64,000 nucleotides of DNA. Origin: Emiliania huxleyi CCMP1516 (Eukaryota). Position numbers and translations under genes: made by a program. The notes under the pieces are model-generated. The model saw only the letters and a program-made list of their open reading frames with translations. It was not told the origin of the DNA and ran no database searches. Of this stretch, positions 1 through 11,478 are shown one piece after another; the first letter of the stretch is position 1, and each line of letters begins with the position of its first letter. Location: the NCBI RefSeq assembly GCF_000372725.1, contig NW_005201392.1, positions 925,620 to 989,619 on the forward strand. The letters run 5' to 3'.

Positions 1-164
1 CCATCAGTACAAACGAGGCGTCAAGGACGGCAACTACAGCGCACTGCGCCCAATGCCATTGCTCACGGCAAAGGACTATGCGCGCCTGAGGCACAAGTGG
101 GATCGGGCAGGGTAGAGTTGTGCGGCGGTGTGCACCCGCCCTCTTTCTCCGGTTCGATTTCAAG

Positions 165-165
<1 letters not shown>

Positions 166-222
<57 letters not shown>
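166..222. repeat. (TG)n microsatellite
   Basis: Uninterrupted TG dinucleotide run. Confidence 0.97.
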
Positions 223-224
<2 letters not shown>

Positions 225-639
225 CGCGTGCTGTGTTTGTGTGGGTTTCTATTTGGCATTTCCATTTGGCTTGCGTTCAACATAGACAGCCCTTTTCCCC
301 TTTCCCCACACCGCGTCGTACTCTACAGCAGCAATTGAGAGAGAGAATCGTAACAGCTCAGGCTTTCCAGTTCAAAACATCAGAGGGTTTTTTGTTCCAG
401 CACCACCTTGAGCACAGCATGGTGACGGAGAGAGCGCGCACGCACAGGAGGACGTCCCGCTCGGGCACACTGATCACCACGAGGAACATGGGGGGAAAAT
501 GCACATTGCGTTTTCGGGCACGCGTCGCACAGGAGCCACTGATCGGCCAGCGATGCAGTGCACACCCCGAAGGAAAAGGGATGAAAAATTTGAGACTCGT
601 CCGAGCGCTCCGGCATGGCATCGTGCGCTAGAGCCAAGG

Positions 640-1257
640 TCAGCGAAGCAGCGACGCGCAGACCGCCTCTCCCGCCGCCGTTGCAACCTCGTGAGCAGAG
701 ACCACTCTGCCATCAGACAATGTTGCGTGTGTTTTTGCGTTTTGGAGAAGAAAGACTTGCACGCACGCCGCGTGGCCCTGGTGAGCAGCGACGAGAAGCG
801 GCGTGACTCCTTCATGCGTGCTCAGCTCGACCGATGATGGGCACGCAGCCACCAAGACTAGGACGCAGTCCACATGGCCATTTTGCGCTGCAAGATACAG
901 CGGGGTGTATCCTCTCCCCACTTTGAGATCTGCCCTTGCACCGGACCGAATCAGTGCCTCGACACATCCCACATGCCCAAATCGTGCTGCGACAGCAAGC
1001 GGCGTCACCGGATGGTTGCAGCACTCGAGCATTGATGCTTGATCGGGGCGTGCTCCACGGTCCAATGCCGCAAGAATGCCACGCCTGTCTCCCATACTCG
1101 CCGCCTCAACGAGGATCCGCTGAGGGTCATCAACGACGATCGAGTTCAGCGCATCCACGAGCGAGCCCATGTGGGCAGTTTCGATGCGTCTTTGAGCTGC
1201 AGCTATGTGCAACTCCATGGCGGTCGGCAGTCGGCAAGTTTCGTCCTTGATGCCCAA
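640..1257 (-). CDS. Ankyrin-repeat protein
   Basis: Repeats TPLAVAARFGHVGCVEALI, GYTPLYLAAQNGHVDCVLVLV, GVTPLLVAAHQGHAACVQV; first ATG is at 1218, so the start is uncertain. Confidence 0.85.
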   Translation of the reverse strand: MGIKDETCRLPTAMELHIAAAQRRIETAHMGSLVDALNSIVVDDPQRILVEAASMGDRRGILAALDRGARPDQASMLECCNHPVTPLAVAARFGHVGCVEALIRSGARADLKVGRGYTPLYLAAQNGHVDCVLVLVAACPSSVELSTHEGVTPLLVAAHQGHAACVQVFLLQNAKTHATLSDGRVVSAHEVATAAGEAVCASLLR

Positions 1258-1393
1258 GAACGTAAATCATCAGCGAGATCTCGTGGCTAGGGATCCTTTC
1301 CCGGGAGTGAACCAGCGCGAGTGACTAGCCGAGAGGAGAAGAAACGCGCCCACATTTAACGAGATACCCGAGGGAGAGACTGTTCTTCACCTT

Positions 1394-1441
1394 GAGCACT
1401 TGAGCACTGGATAGGGTCGATTCCGCATGGTACGGGACCCC
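1394..1441 (-). repeat. Right end of GAGCAC dispersed element (inverted copy)
   Basis: Near-identical reverse complement of 25778-25825. Confidence 0.75.
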
Positions 1442-1479
1442 TCGATCGTCTCCTACATACATACATAGAGAGTACGTAC

Positions 1480-1548
1480 ATTAAAATCCCTGTGTGGAGG
1501 CGGCGTGCCGTCCTCCCATCCCTCCCTTGGTTGTCTGTTTTCTTTCTG
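1480..1548 (+). mobile_element. Short retroposed copy (SINE or LINE 3' end) with TTTC tail
   Basis: AAATCCCTGTGTGG...TTTTCTTTCT flanked by 13-bp TSD AGAGAGTACGTAC (1467-1479 and 1549-1561). Confidence 0.85.
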
Positions 1549-1653
1549 AGAGAGTACGTACCCGAGGGTCTATCTATCTAGGTTGGGCGTTATTTGAGCG
1601 CGTATACTTGTGACAGGGTCTGTGTACGGTAGTCGTTACTGTGAGTGATTGGC

Positions 1654-3572
1654 GCTGTGGGCCGCCATCTACTACTCCTGCTCCGCCAAGTTCGACTTCA
1701 TCCTTCGGCACCTCCCTCCCGACAAGACGGTGTCCCACGCTCGCGTCGTCGACGCTGCGCTCACCCGTGCCGCTGAGGCGTGCGGCTACGAGGGCGTGCT
1801 CGGCGACGCCATCACCGCGCGGCGGGCTCGCCTGCCTGCGCGGATGCGCGGCCTCGGCCTGCGCTCGCTCGAGGAGGTGGCGCCGGCTGCGTTCTGCGCC
1901 TGCTTTGTCGAGGCGGCCGAGAGGTTCCTCGACAGGTCGACGCCCGGCGGCGGCAGAGAGCGCGGCTTCTTCCAGATGCTCGCTCCGCTCTTCGGCCACG
2001 GCGCCTTCGAGTTGCCGTACCCGAACAGCCCTCGCCTCTCGCGCTTCCTCTCGGGCTGCACCACCAACGTCAACCCGCTCGGCGCGCAGCTGGGGCAGCT
2101 GACGCCGACGGGCGAGTCCTTCAAGAAGGCGTGGGAGGGCATGCAGCGAGAGGTCCGCGGCGAGGGCGTGGCGGGACCTCTCGATGTCCGGGCTCCCGAG
2201 GCTGGCAACGGGCGGGCCGGCAGCGCTGGGCTACAGCGGCAGCTGACGCAGCAGCGGGAGCAGGTCAAGCGCAACCAGCTCAGCCGCAGCATCCTCGGGC
2301 TGCCGCACGGCGACACGCGGCGGGAGGCGTGGCTGGCCGTCGACTCGTTCTCGTCCGCGTGGGTGAGCTCATGGCCCTCGGCTCAGAACCGGTGCGAGGC
2401 GCGCGAGTTCCGCGAGATCTTCTGCACCTACATCGGCCGGGAGAGCCCAGCCGTGCGCGCGCTCGTGGGCAAGAGCATCGCCTGCTCCGGCCGCGGCCCT
2501 CCTCGAGTCTGCGATGCCTTTGGCGTCCAGCTGGGCTTGGCGACGCTCAACGACCGCGCCCACGGCAACTGCCACGACGACATCTTCTCACGCGTGATCG
2601 GTGATGCGCTGCACGCGGGGCTGCGCGGCAAGGAGGAACCGCGCGAGATCTTCAGCGCCGTCATCCCGCCTGTCACACTCAACGGCACCGCTGGCACGCG
2701 CGGCAAGAACGGCATCGTGCCGGATGGGCGCCTGCACTGCAAGCTGCGCGAGTCCCGCACGGCGCGCTGCACGGGCACACGAGGCCAGGCGCATCCGTCT
2801 GTCCGGTGGCGCGGCACGACAGTGCAGCGCGGGCCCGAGCAGCCGCCGGCGGAGCACCTCCTCGAGGGCAAGACCATCCACCGCGGCGGGCCTCACTACA
2901 TGAGCGCTCGGGCGCGCGACGATGGCCAGGGCGGCGCTGTCGCCGACAGGGCGAACCTTGTCCAGCGCGACTACGAGGCGCGGGCGGCGGCGCTCGATGC
3001 CAAGCCGCAAGTGCAGGCATGGAACAACGGCTCGAGGGACGCCGTTTCCTCCGTGCTGCGCTCGTTTGGCACCGTGCGCAGCCTCGTTGTCGGGGCCTAC
3101 GCGGAGGCGTCGGACGACCTGCACCAGCTGTTCGACTGTGTGGTGGAGTCGGCATCCAAGCAGCACTGGAGGCGGATCGGCGCGCGTAGCGCGAAGGAGG
3201 CGCGGTCCTACTTCGCTACGACGCTGCGGCGGGCGTGGGGCGTGCACTTTGCGCGCGAGTTCGCGCGGCACCGCATCCGACGCGTGGTGTTCGTGGGGGC
3301 CCCGCGGCGACAGCCGGGCAGGCGGCGCGTGGGCGGGCGGCCCGCCCGGCCGTCGGTGAGCACCGGACGCGAGGGTCGGTCGGCTCTTAACTAGCTGTAT
3401 ATAGTCGCGATCTGCCGGCGTGCGTATGAGCTCACTAGCTAGAGCTCACACTAGAGGCCGTCATCGCATTCGCCTTCCTGGGACCCAGCGCTGACTTCTG
3501 ACTGTCGTTGCTGTCTCTCCCCCTTCTCGACTGTCTGTGCTTGTGCGTCTTGGGTCCGGAGTTGTGCGTTTA
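1654..3572 (+). mobile_element. 5'-truncated non-LTR retrotransposon with restriction-like endonuclease (CRE-like)
   Basis: 14-bp TSD TGTGAGTGATTGGC (1640-1653 and 3573-3586); ORF to 3394 carries post-RT motif RLPARMRGLGL, a degenerate Zn knuckle, an HD motif and PD...EGK; RT core is missing. Confidence 0.85.
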
Positions 3573-3593
3573 TGTGAGTGATTGGCTTGAGGG

Positions 3594-3644
3594 GAGCACT
3601 TGGAGCACTTGGAGTGCAGTCAGTAACCGCTCATCCAGGGCGGG
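3594..3644 (+). repeat. Left end of GAGCAC dispersed element (diverged)
   Basis: GAGCACTTGGAGCACTTGGAGTGCAGTC...CATCCAGGGC, shared with 25501, 31961 and 34882. Confidence 0.7.
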
Positions 3645-3804
3645 AACCTAGTGTAGACGAACACGCGGGGAGCGGCAAGCTGGGCAGGCGCCTTCGCCGC
3701 CCCGCGCCAGCGCGTCTCGCCAGCACAGCTGGCACGAGCCCGCCCGCCCACGTCGTGCCCCACCACCCGAGCCCCCCCCTTCCCGCGCCTGCACCAGGAC
3801 CACG

Positions 3805-4293
3805 ATGCCGCATTACGACTCGCCCGCCTCTCCGGCCGACACGCCTGTGCAGACCGGCGACTACGTCAGCATCCACTGGGACGACCTCACCGTCGAAGGC
3901 ACCTCAGTCAAGTGCCCGCCGCACACGGCGCGTGCCAACTCCTCGCCACCTCCCATCCTTCCCGCATCCGCCTCTCCCCGTCCGTCCCGCCTCACCGTGC
4001 CGCCGCATATGGCTGGCGTCCACCGCCGCCCCCCCTCTCTCGCCGCGCGCGCCACCGCCCGCCGCAAGCCGCCCTCAGGTGCCGGCCAAGGTGACCTCGG
4101 TCTCCACAGAGGGCTTCACCGCCGAGATGCTCTTCTTCCAGCCGCCGTCGAGTCTTGTCCCACGCGATTTTGACTATCTCTTTGACGACCCGGACTGGGA
4201 GCGGCTGGAGATTGGCGAGATGAGCGAGCGGCAGCGCCTCAAGTGCGTGCCGCTCCCGGCAGCGGTTCCCACTCTCCTTCCCCTCCACGCACT

Positions 4294-4325
<32 letters not shown>

Positions 4326-5493
4326 TGCACACTGCACACGCACAGACACAGCGCTGCCTTGGTTTGACCGCCTGCTGCCTCGCTCCGGGCCCAACCGGCT
4401 CGCGCCACCCGACACGCCGACGACACGGGCCGACGACACGTCGGCTGACACGCCCACCGACGCGTGCGCAGGTACCTCTTCGACGAGCTCAAGCGTTTTG
4501 CCGTCCTTGTCAACCAGCAGCTGGCGCCGACGAACCTCGACCGCATCGTGTCGGGTGACTTCTGAGCGCCTCCCGAGACGCCCCCCCCCCCGCCGCCGCC
4601 GCCGCTACACCGGCGATGTCACCCGTGATGCCTCACCCGCCTGCGAGAGGGAAGCTGTACCGTGTTTGACCCGCCGGTCGGCCGCCCTCCTCGGTAGGCA
4701 AGCTCGAGACGCGCGGCGGGCTCGTCGAGCTGCAGCTCTGCTGCGCCAGACAGGGCCGCAACGGCATCTGCGCGCGGCCGGTCCGCTTCACGGCCGGCGG
4801 CGTCGAGCGGACGGCGGCGACGTTGGGAAAGGTGCAAGAGTACCTGGACGAGCTCGCCGCCGCCGAGCCGTCCGGTGAGGGCAGCCGCAAGGTGAAGCGC
4901 AGTGGATCCGGCTCGGGCAAGTCCCCGTCCTCGAAGCGTGCGAAGGGCGTCTCGCCGCCGCCCGAGGACGACGACGACGAGGACGAGGAGGAGGGCGACG
5001 AGGACGAGGAGGAGGGCGACGACGAGGCGGAGGAGGAGGGCGAGGGGGAGGAGGAGGGCGAGGAGGAGGATCCCCTCTCCTGGCTCGAGCCCCTCGGGCC
5101 CCGCCCCCTCAAGGCGATGTGCAAGGCGTTGGGCTGCTCCCTACTGCGGCTTCGCCCAAGGCGCCCTTCCCCTCAACCTTCTCGAGCCTTCCCGCAGGCG
5201 ATGGGCCTCTCCTACTACGGCTTCGCCGAAGACGCGAGCGCGATCGCCGAGCTTCTCCGCGACCGGGGCGGCCCCCACCATGCGGCGCTGCGTGAGGCTT
5301 GCCGGGCGGCTGGCTTGCGCGTGGGCGGCAAGGCTGCGGAGCTGGCGGCGAGGCTGAAGGAGTCTATCGGCTTGGGCGGCGAAGGGGAGGAGGAGGAGGA
5401 GGAGGAGGAGGAGGAGGAGGAGGAGGAGGAGGAGGAGGAGGAGGGGGAGGGGGAGGGGGAGGCGGACGAGGGGGCGGGCGAGGGCGAGGGGGA

Positions 5494-5525
<32 letters not shown>

Positions 5526-6868
5526 CGGCGGCGGCGAGGAGGGCCAGCAAGCCGGGCCGGCTGCGCCACGCGCCCGACCGGCTCAAGGCCACCGCGGACC
5601 CGCGCCCTCTCCCGCGCGCGGACCAGCGGCGGCAGCCGCGAGGGGTGGAGTGCGGCGCGGCAGCCGAGGAGGCGGCGGGGGAGGAGCCCCCCCCCCCCCC
5701 CCAGCCGCGCACAGTAACGAGCCGGTGACGCGTGTCACGATTGCTGTAGGAGGCGCTCGAGGCGGACTCGCGACCAATCTCGCAGCGCAAGCGGCCGCGC
5801 TCCGCGGCGCTCGGCGCCGACCAGCTCGCGCGCGAGCCTCGAGCGTCCCCGCGTCTCGCTGCGGGTCACGGAGAAGATTCGGCGGTGGCAGCGCCGCCGC
5901 TCTCGGCGCCGCGCAGCGGCCACGCCTCGTCTGCACACCGCCTCCTGAGCAGACCACGTGGCCGCGCCCCGGCGGGCAAGGTCTGGTGTATGGAGGCAGG
6001 CGAGTACATCGACGAGACGGAGGCGGCAGCGGAGAAGGGGGCGGCGGCAGAGGAGGCGGTGGCAGAGGAGGCGGCGGCAGAGGAGGCGGCGGCAGAGGAG
6101 GCGGAGGCAGAGGAGGCGGAGGCTGTGGCGGAGGCTGCGGCGGGAGAGTCTTCGGTCCAGGCGGCGGTTGAAGCGGCAGTGGAGGAGGCAGTGGAGGAGG
6201 CGGCGGAAGTGGAGATGACGGAGACCGAAGCGGAGGCGGAGGCGGTTGCAGAGGCAGCGATGGCGGAGGAGCCGGCAGCGTCGGAGGTGGAGACGGCGTC
6301 TGCTGCATCGCGGCCGCCGACGCCGCGGACCGAGGGCGGCACGAATGCCCCGCGCACCAGCACGGCTTTCGCGGACATCACCTCCGAGACGATCGTCGCG
6401 CAGAGGCGCTTGGTGGCGCAGGCGCGGCTGACCCTCGAAGCTGACCTGAGGATGCTCGAGCGCTCGCCTCCGGTGTACCGCCCGCCCTCGAAGGACGTGT
6501 TTGCGGACAGCTTCGACTACGCGGGCGAGCAGGCGACGTCCTTTCGGCAGCACGTGGAAGAGGCAAAGCGGTTCCTCGAGGACCTCGAGGCGGCGCGCGA
6601 GCAAGCCAACAAGAGCCGCTCGAGCGCCAACGCGGCGCAGGCCGTCCTCGATCAGTTGCAGCAGGCCAAGGCCCACCAGGACCAGCGCCAGGCCAAGGAG
6701 GAGGAGGCGCGAACCACCTTCGCCACTCTGGCCGCGGCGAACGCCAAGGGCGACTACAGCGGCGCGCACAGCGCCGCGGTGGCGTACGCGGCGCTCGCCG
6801 AGGAGGTGAAGAACCTCAAGGACAACGAGTACGCCGCCAAGGAGCGCATCCTCGCGCGGGCGGTTTGA
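3805..6868 (+). CDS. Multi-exon acidic protein with Tudor-like N-terminus, SAP-like motifs and C-terminal coiled coil
   Basis: VQTGDYVSIHWDD.../VPAKVTSV (Tudor-like); ALREACRAAGLRVGGKAAELAARL (SAP-like); poly-Glu from (GAG)n; single-gene model inferred. Confidence 0.5.
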
Positions 6869-7251
6869 CGCCAGCGACGCATCGCCCCTCTTTGCGATCC
6901 TTTCGGATGGGAGGGCGATTACTTGTCGCAACCAGGGAACGCAGCTCTGGCTGTCAGTCTGTCAGTCTGTCAGGTGGCGCAACTGGTCGCATGGCAGTCG
7001 CACACGTTACAGCGCGGCGCACAGCGGCAATATGGAGTCTGGCTTGAGCCTTGCGCAGCTAGAAGTAAGTTTGCAGCAGCTTGTGAGTTGTGTCTTGAGA
7101 GTCTTTTGCGTTGGCCGTGTGGGGATCTCGCATGTGTGAGAAGGCAGAGAAGGGAAAAGACGGGACAGCGGTGTGCTTATTCACGAAACATATGTATAGA
7201 AAAATGTACAAGTTTACAACTTTATCTTGGATTTTATGGATTATGGTCGTT

Positions 7252-10200
7252 TTAGCCGTCGGGCATCTGCAGGGCGACGACTGCCGCAGCGACAAGCCTT
7301 CTCAGTGCCTGCACCTCTTGCGAAGCACGTTGCCGCCGCGCCTCGTCAACGGGCGGCTCGAGGTCATGGGAGACATGCGCGAGGAGGCGCGACACTTTGC
7401 ACTCGAGCAGCGACACGAGCACCGCGCGCTCGCGCTGCTGCGCCTCGCGCGCAGCCGCCGCCTTCTCGCGCTCGACGCGCAGTGCCTCGCCCTGGACCGC
7501 CGCGGCGTCGTGCGCCGCAGCGAGGCCCGCGCGCATGGTCTCCACCTCGTCTTCGGCGGAAGCGGCCGTCTCGCTCGCCGCCTGGAGCTGCCGCTGCGCC
7601 GCCTCTAGCTCCACCTCGAGCCTAGGACAGCGCGCAGCACCGCCGTCACACCTCGGACCATTATGCTGGGTGTCGAACGGCGCTCCCCGCGGAGACGCCT
7701 GCGAGACGTCTCGGAGATGCCCCCCCAGCCTTCCTGGGGCTCGGTCAGCTCGAGGGGCGTGCCAGTCGGCCCGACGGCCGCAAGCGAGCGGCGCGCCAGC
7801 GGCGTGGTGCCGGTGCCGCCGCCGGTGCCGCCGGTTCCGCTCGACCCGTCGCTCGAGTGGCGGTGCGCCGGTGCAAGAGCCGCCAGGCCGGTGCCGGCGC
7901 CACTCGACCCGTCGCTGGAGCAGCGCGAGAGGCTCCCGAGCGGCTTCGCCGCTGCCCCGTCGTCCGCCCCCTCTCTCGCGAGAAGGGGTGTTGCCGCCTC
8001 GGCCGCCGCCTCGGCCGCCGCCTCGGCCGCCGCCTCCCTCCTCTCCACCTGCAGCCGCTGCGTGTGGATCAGCTGCGCCGTCTTTCGGTCGAGTGCGTCC
8101 TCCAGCTCGGACAAGCGCCGCTGCCGCGCCGTCGCCTCCTCACGCAACCGCACGAGGGCGGCGTCCTAGGAGACGCACCCCATGGTTGATCAGGCTGCGG
8201 AGTAGGCCGAATTAGGGGAGGAGGGCCGGTGGCCAGTAGTGGGCGGGCGGGCGGGAGGGCGGGCGGGCGGGTGGGAGGGCGTTCGGGCGTGCGTGCGGGC
8301 GGGCGGGGGGCGGGGAGGGAGGTATCCCTCTCGGCGACGATGCGCTGCAGCTCTGCGACGGTCTCCGCCATCTCGTCGACCTGTAGTTGGCGAGATCAGC
8401 CGAGATCAGCCGAGATCAGCCGAAATTGGGGGTGTATAGCGCGCTACTGCCGCCGCTGCGCCCGAGATCACGCCGAGAGACATACGAGATCGCCCGAGAT
8501 CTCGACTCTCTCCTCTCGTCCACCTGCCCCGCAGCCTCCCCCTCGCCCTCAACCAACGCCTCGTGCTCATCCTCCATGCGCGCAATCTGCTCTGCCAGCA
8601 GCGCGTTTGCCGCCTTCTCCTGGAGTACTTCGCGCGAGCGCGCCTCGAGCTGCCGCAGCGCGCTCAGCCGCTCCGCCTCCGCACGTCGCCGCTCCGCCTC
8701 CGCTCGCTCCACTTGCGCCTCGGCGCGCTCTCGCTCCGCGAAAGCCTGCTGCCGCTCCGCCTCGGCCTGCACGAACCTGCAGACATGTCGTGGACATGTC
8801 GTGGACGCGGCCCGGGGCATGCGCACGTCGCCTCGGCCTGCACTAGGAACCTTCTAGGAACCTTCTAGGAACCTTCTAGGAACCTTCTACGACGCGGCCC
8901 GGGGCTGCGCATATCGCCTCGGCCTGCACGGACCTGCGCGAGTCGCCGACTGACTGCTCGCGCTCGACGAGCACCTAGAAGGTTCCAGAAGGTTCCTAGA
9001 ACTTCCTGAAGGCTCCTAGAAGGTTCCTAGAGAGGACCGGGCCGTGCAGCCCTCTGGGCTGATCTGGGCGGACCTCGGGTCATCTCGAGACGCGGCTGGA
9101 GGGAGGGAGAGAGTAGAGAGGGAGGGAGGGAGAGAGGGGGGAGCACCGCGCGCAGCCGCGTCAGCTCGACCTCCAGCGACTGGAGCTTGGTGCGCCTACG
9201 TGCGGAAGACGCCGGCCTCAGGGCGGGAGGACGGTCTCGTGCCGTGTCTTCAAACACACCGCGTGAGAACACACGGGCTACGAAGACAGTGGAGTGCGTG
9301 TCCTCTCGAGCGCTAGTCGGAGGACAAGAAGACGTCTTCCGCTTCTAGGGCCGCGAGCCGCAGCACGCATCTCCCCCATATCTCCCCCATATCTCCCCCA
9401 TATCTCTCCGCTTCTAGGGCGGTGCGCTGGTCGATCTGCTCGTTGATCCGCGCAGAGTTGTGGACGTGCCTCGCCCGCGACGCGAACTTGAGCGTGCTCA
9501 CCGTCTCGGCCATCGACGCGGCGGCGACGCACGCGATCATCGTCGTCTTGCAGTTCCCGCCGAGCGAGTCTGCCAGCAAGCGCGTCAGCTTCGAGTCGCG
9601 GTACGGCACGTGTCTCGCCTAGAAGGCCCCAGAAGGCTCCTAGAAGGTTCCTAGAAGCTTCGAGTCGCGGTACGGCACGTGTCTCGCCTAGAAGGCCCCA
9701 GAAGGCTCCTAGAAGGTTCCTAGAAGCTTCGAGTCGCGGTACGGCACGTGTCTCGCCTAGAAGGCCCCAGAAGGCTCCTAGAAGGTTCCTAGAAGCTTCG
9801 AGTCGCGGTACGGCACGTGTCTCGCCTAGAAGGCCCCAGAAGGCTCCTAGAAGGTTCCTAGAAGCTTCGAGTCGCGGTACGGCACGTGTCTCGCCGTTCC
9901 CGAGGTGAGAGCGGCGACGACATTTCCGAGCGCCGCGAGCGAGCCGTTGATGTACTTGCACTCCTCGAGCCGCTGCCCGGAGGCGCCCGAGACGCGGAGC
10001 CGCTCGGAGCCCGCGAGGTCGACCAGGTTGAGCTTGGACGAGCGGAAGACACTGCCCCGCGGGCAAGCCTCGCCGCCGCCGCTCGCCTCGCTCTGCTCAA
10101 ACGTCAAGCAAAACACGGCGTGCGAGCGCGAAGACGCGTCGTTCGCCGCGGTGGCGGCGGTGGCACGCGTCTCGGCGCCGCGCCGCAGCAGACCATCCAC

Positions 10201-11478
10201 CTGCGAGGAGATCTGGGGAGATCTGGGGAGATCTGGGGAGATCTGGGGAGATCTGGGGAGATCCACCTCGCAGGGTCGGGGTCGGGGTCGGGGTCGGGGT
10301 TTTGGTTTCGGGGGGGGGGGGGGGGGTTGGGGATTTGGGGGTTTGGGGTTGGGACTAGCAGCGGTCCGCCCACCTAGCAGAGGACTGGATCGATGGCCGC
10401 ACTTGACGAGCCGACGCGGCGCCGCCGCAGTGTCGCCAGCCTCGGCCGGCGACCGGACGACCCACTCCGACAAGCCTTCAGCGCGGAGGCCCTTCTTCCG
10501 GTCCTCGCGGATGGCTAGGCCGTTGCGGCCCGGCTTGAGGAGGTCCGAGAGCACCTCGTTGTAGATCTGCAGGTACGACGCGCGCACCAAGAAGCGGCGC
10601 GCGCCGGGCCTCGCGCTCCGCTCCACCTGTGTGTGTCGAGCGGTGCGGCTTCCGGCGCACCGCGTGAAGACGAGGGCCACGAAGGGAGGGAGTGGAGCTC
10701 GGTGCAGCGGTGGGCAGGTGCGTACGTCTCGCCGCGACTGCATCTCGCAAGACGCGGACCACTGTGGTTCAGCTGTGGTTCCCGCATCTATGCCGCCCGA
10801 CGTGTTCAAAGATGTCCGCGACGGCGCGGGGGATGATGCCGCGCTGCGCTCCATCGGGCGCCCCCTCCATGGTATGTGTCTTGCCGGCACCCGTGTGGCC
10901 TAGCCGCCAGGACGCGCCATCGAGAGAGGGGGTGCGGAGGTGCAGAGGTGGAGGCGGAGCGCGAGGCTCACCGTAGGCAATGATGGACGCGTTGAAGCCG
11001 GCGAGGGTGGAGGAGACGGCGGGCCGCGCCACCGCATCGTACACGGCCGCCTGCCCCTCCGACGGCGAGAAGGCCGCGTCGAATGTGAACGAGTACCGCG
11101 GGCCCGGCCCGAGCCCGTCGTCCGGCCACGCCGTCACCTGCGAGGAGACAGCGCGGCGTGGCTGCGGAGACTGCGGCAGCGGCCAGCAGCATGCAGCGGG
11201 CAGCATGCAGACGCGCCGCGCACAGCAGGCAGCGAGGTGTGTGCAGCGAGCGGTAGCACGCCGAGAGGCGAGAGAGGTGAGCCGGAATCTGCTGTGCTCA
11301 CCTCGCCAGGAGCGCGCACGGTCAGCTCTTCGGTGGACACTTCGCGCGCGAGCGGAGGCCTCACGCGGACGGCCACCCGCACGGTCTCGGGCCAGTCCGC
11401 CGATGAGCTAGCCTCTGACGAGGCGCTGGACGATGATAGACGCCCGAGGGAGGCGCTCTCCACAGCGAGAACCACCAT
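7252..11478 (-). CDS. Kinesin motor protein with coiled-coil tail (multi-exon)
   Basis: [78 protein letters not shown]. Confidence 0.93.
9619..9894 (-). repeat. 4 x 69-bp tandem array forming a kinesin intron
   Basis: Each unit is a copy of the exon segment encoding [11 protein letters not shown] plus TCTAGGAACCT-type filler ending in AG. Confidence 0.9.

Noticed and set aside
1413..1424. B-box-like GGGTCGATTCC suggesting a tRNA
   Set aside because: No cloverleaf could be folded and the A-box spacing is wrong.
5141..6931. Long overlapping Arg/Ala/Pro-rich ORFs here and throughout the window
   Set aside because: Shadow ORFs caused by high GC content and codon repeats.
9619..9894. CRISPR-like appearance of this array and of 29724-30234
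   Set aside because: Units are identical with no unique spacers, there are no cas genes, and the context is a eukaryotic intron.
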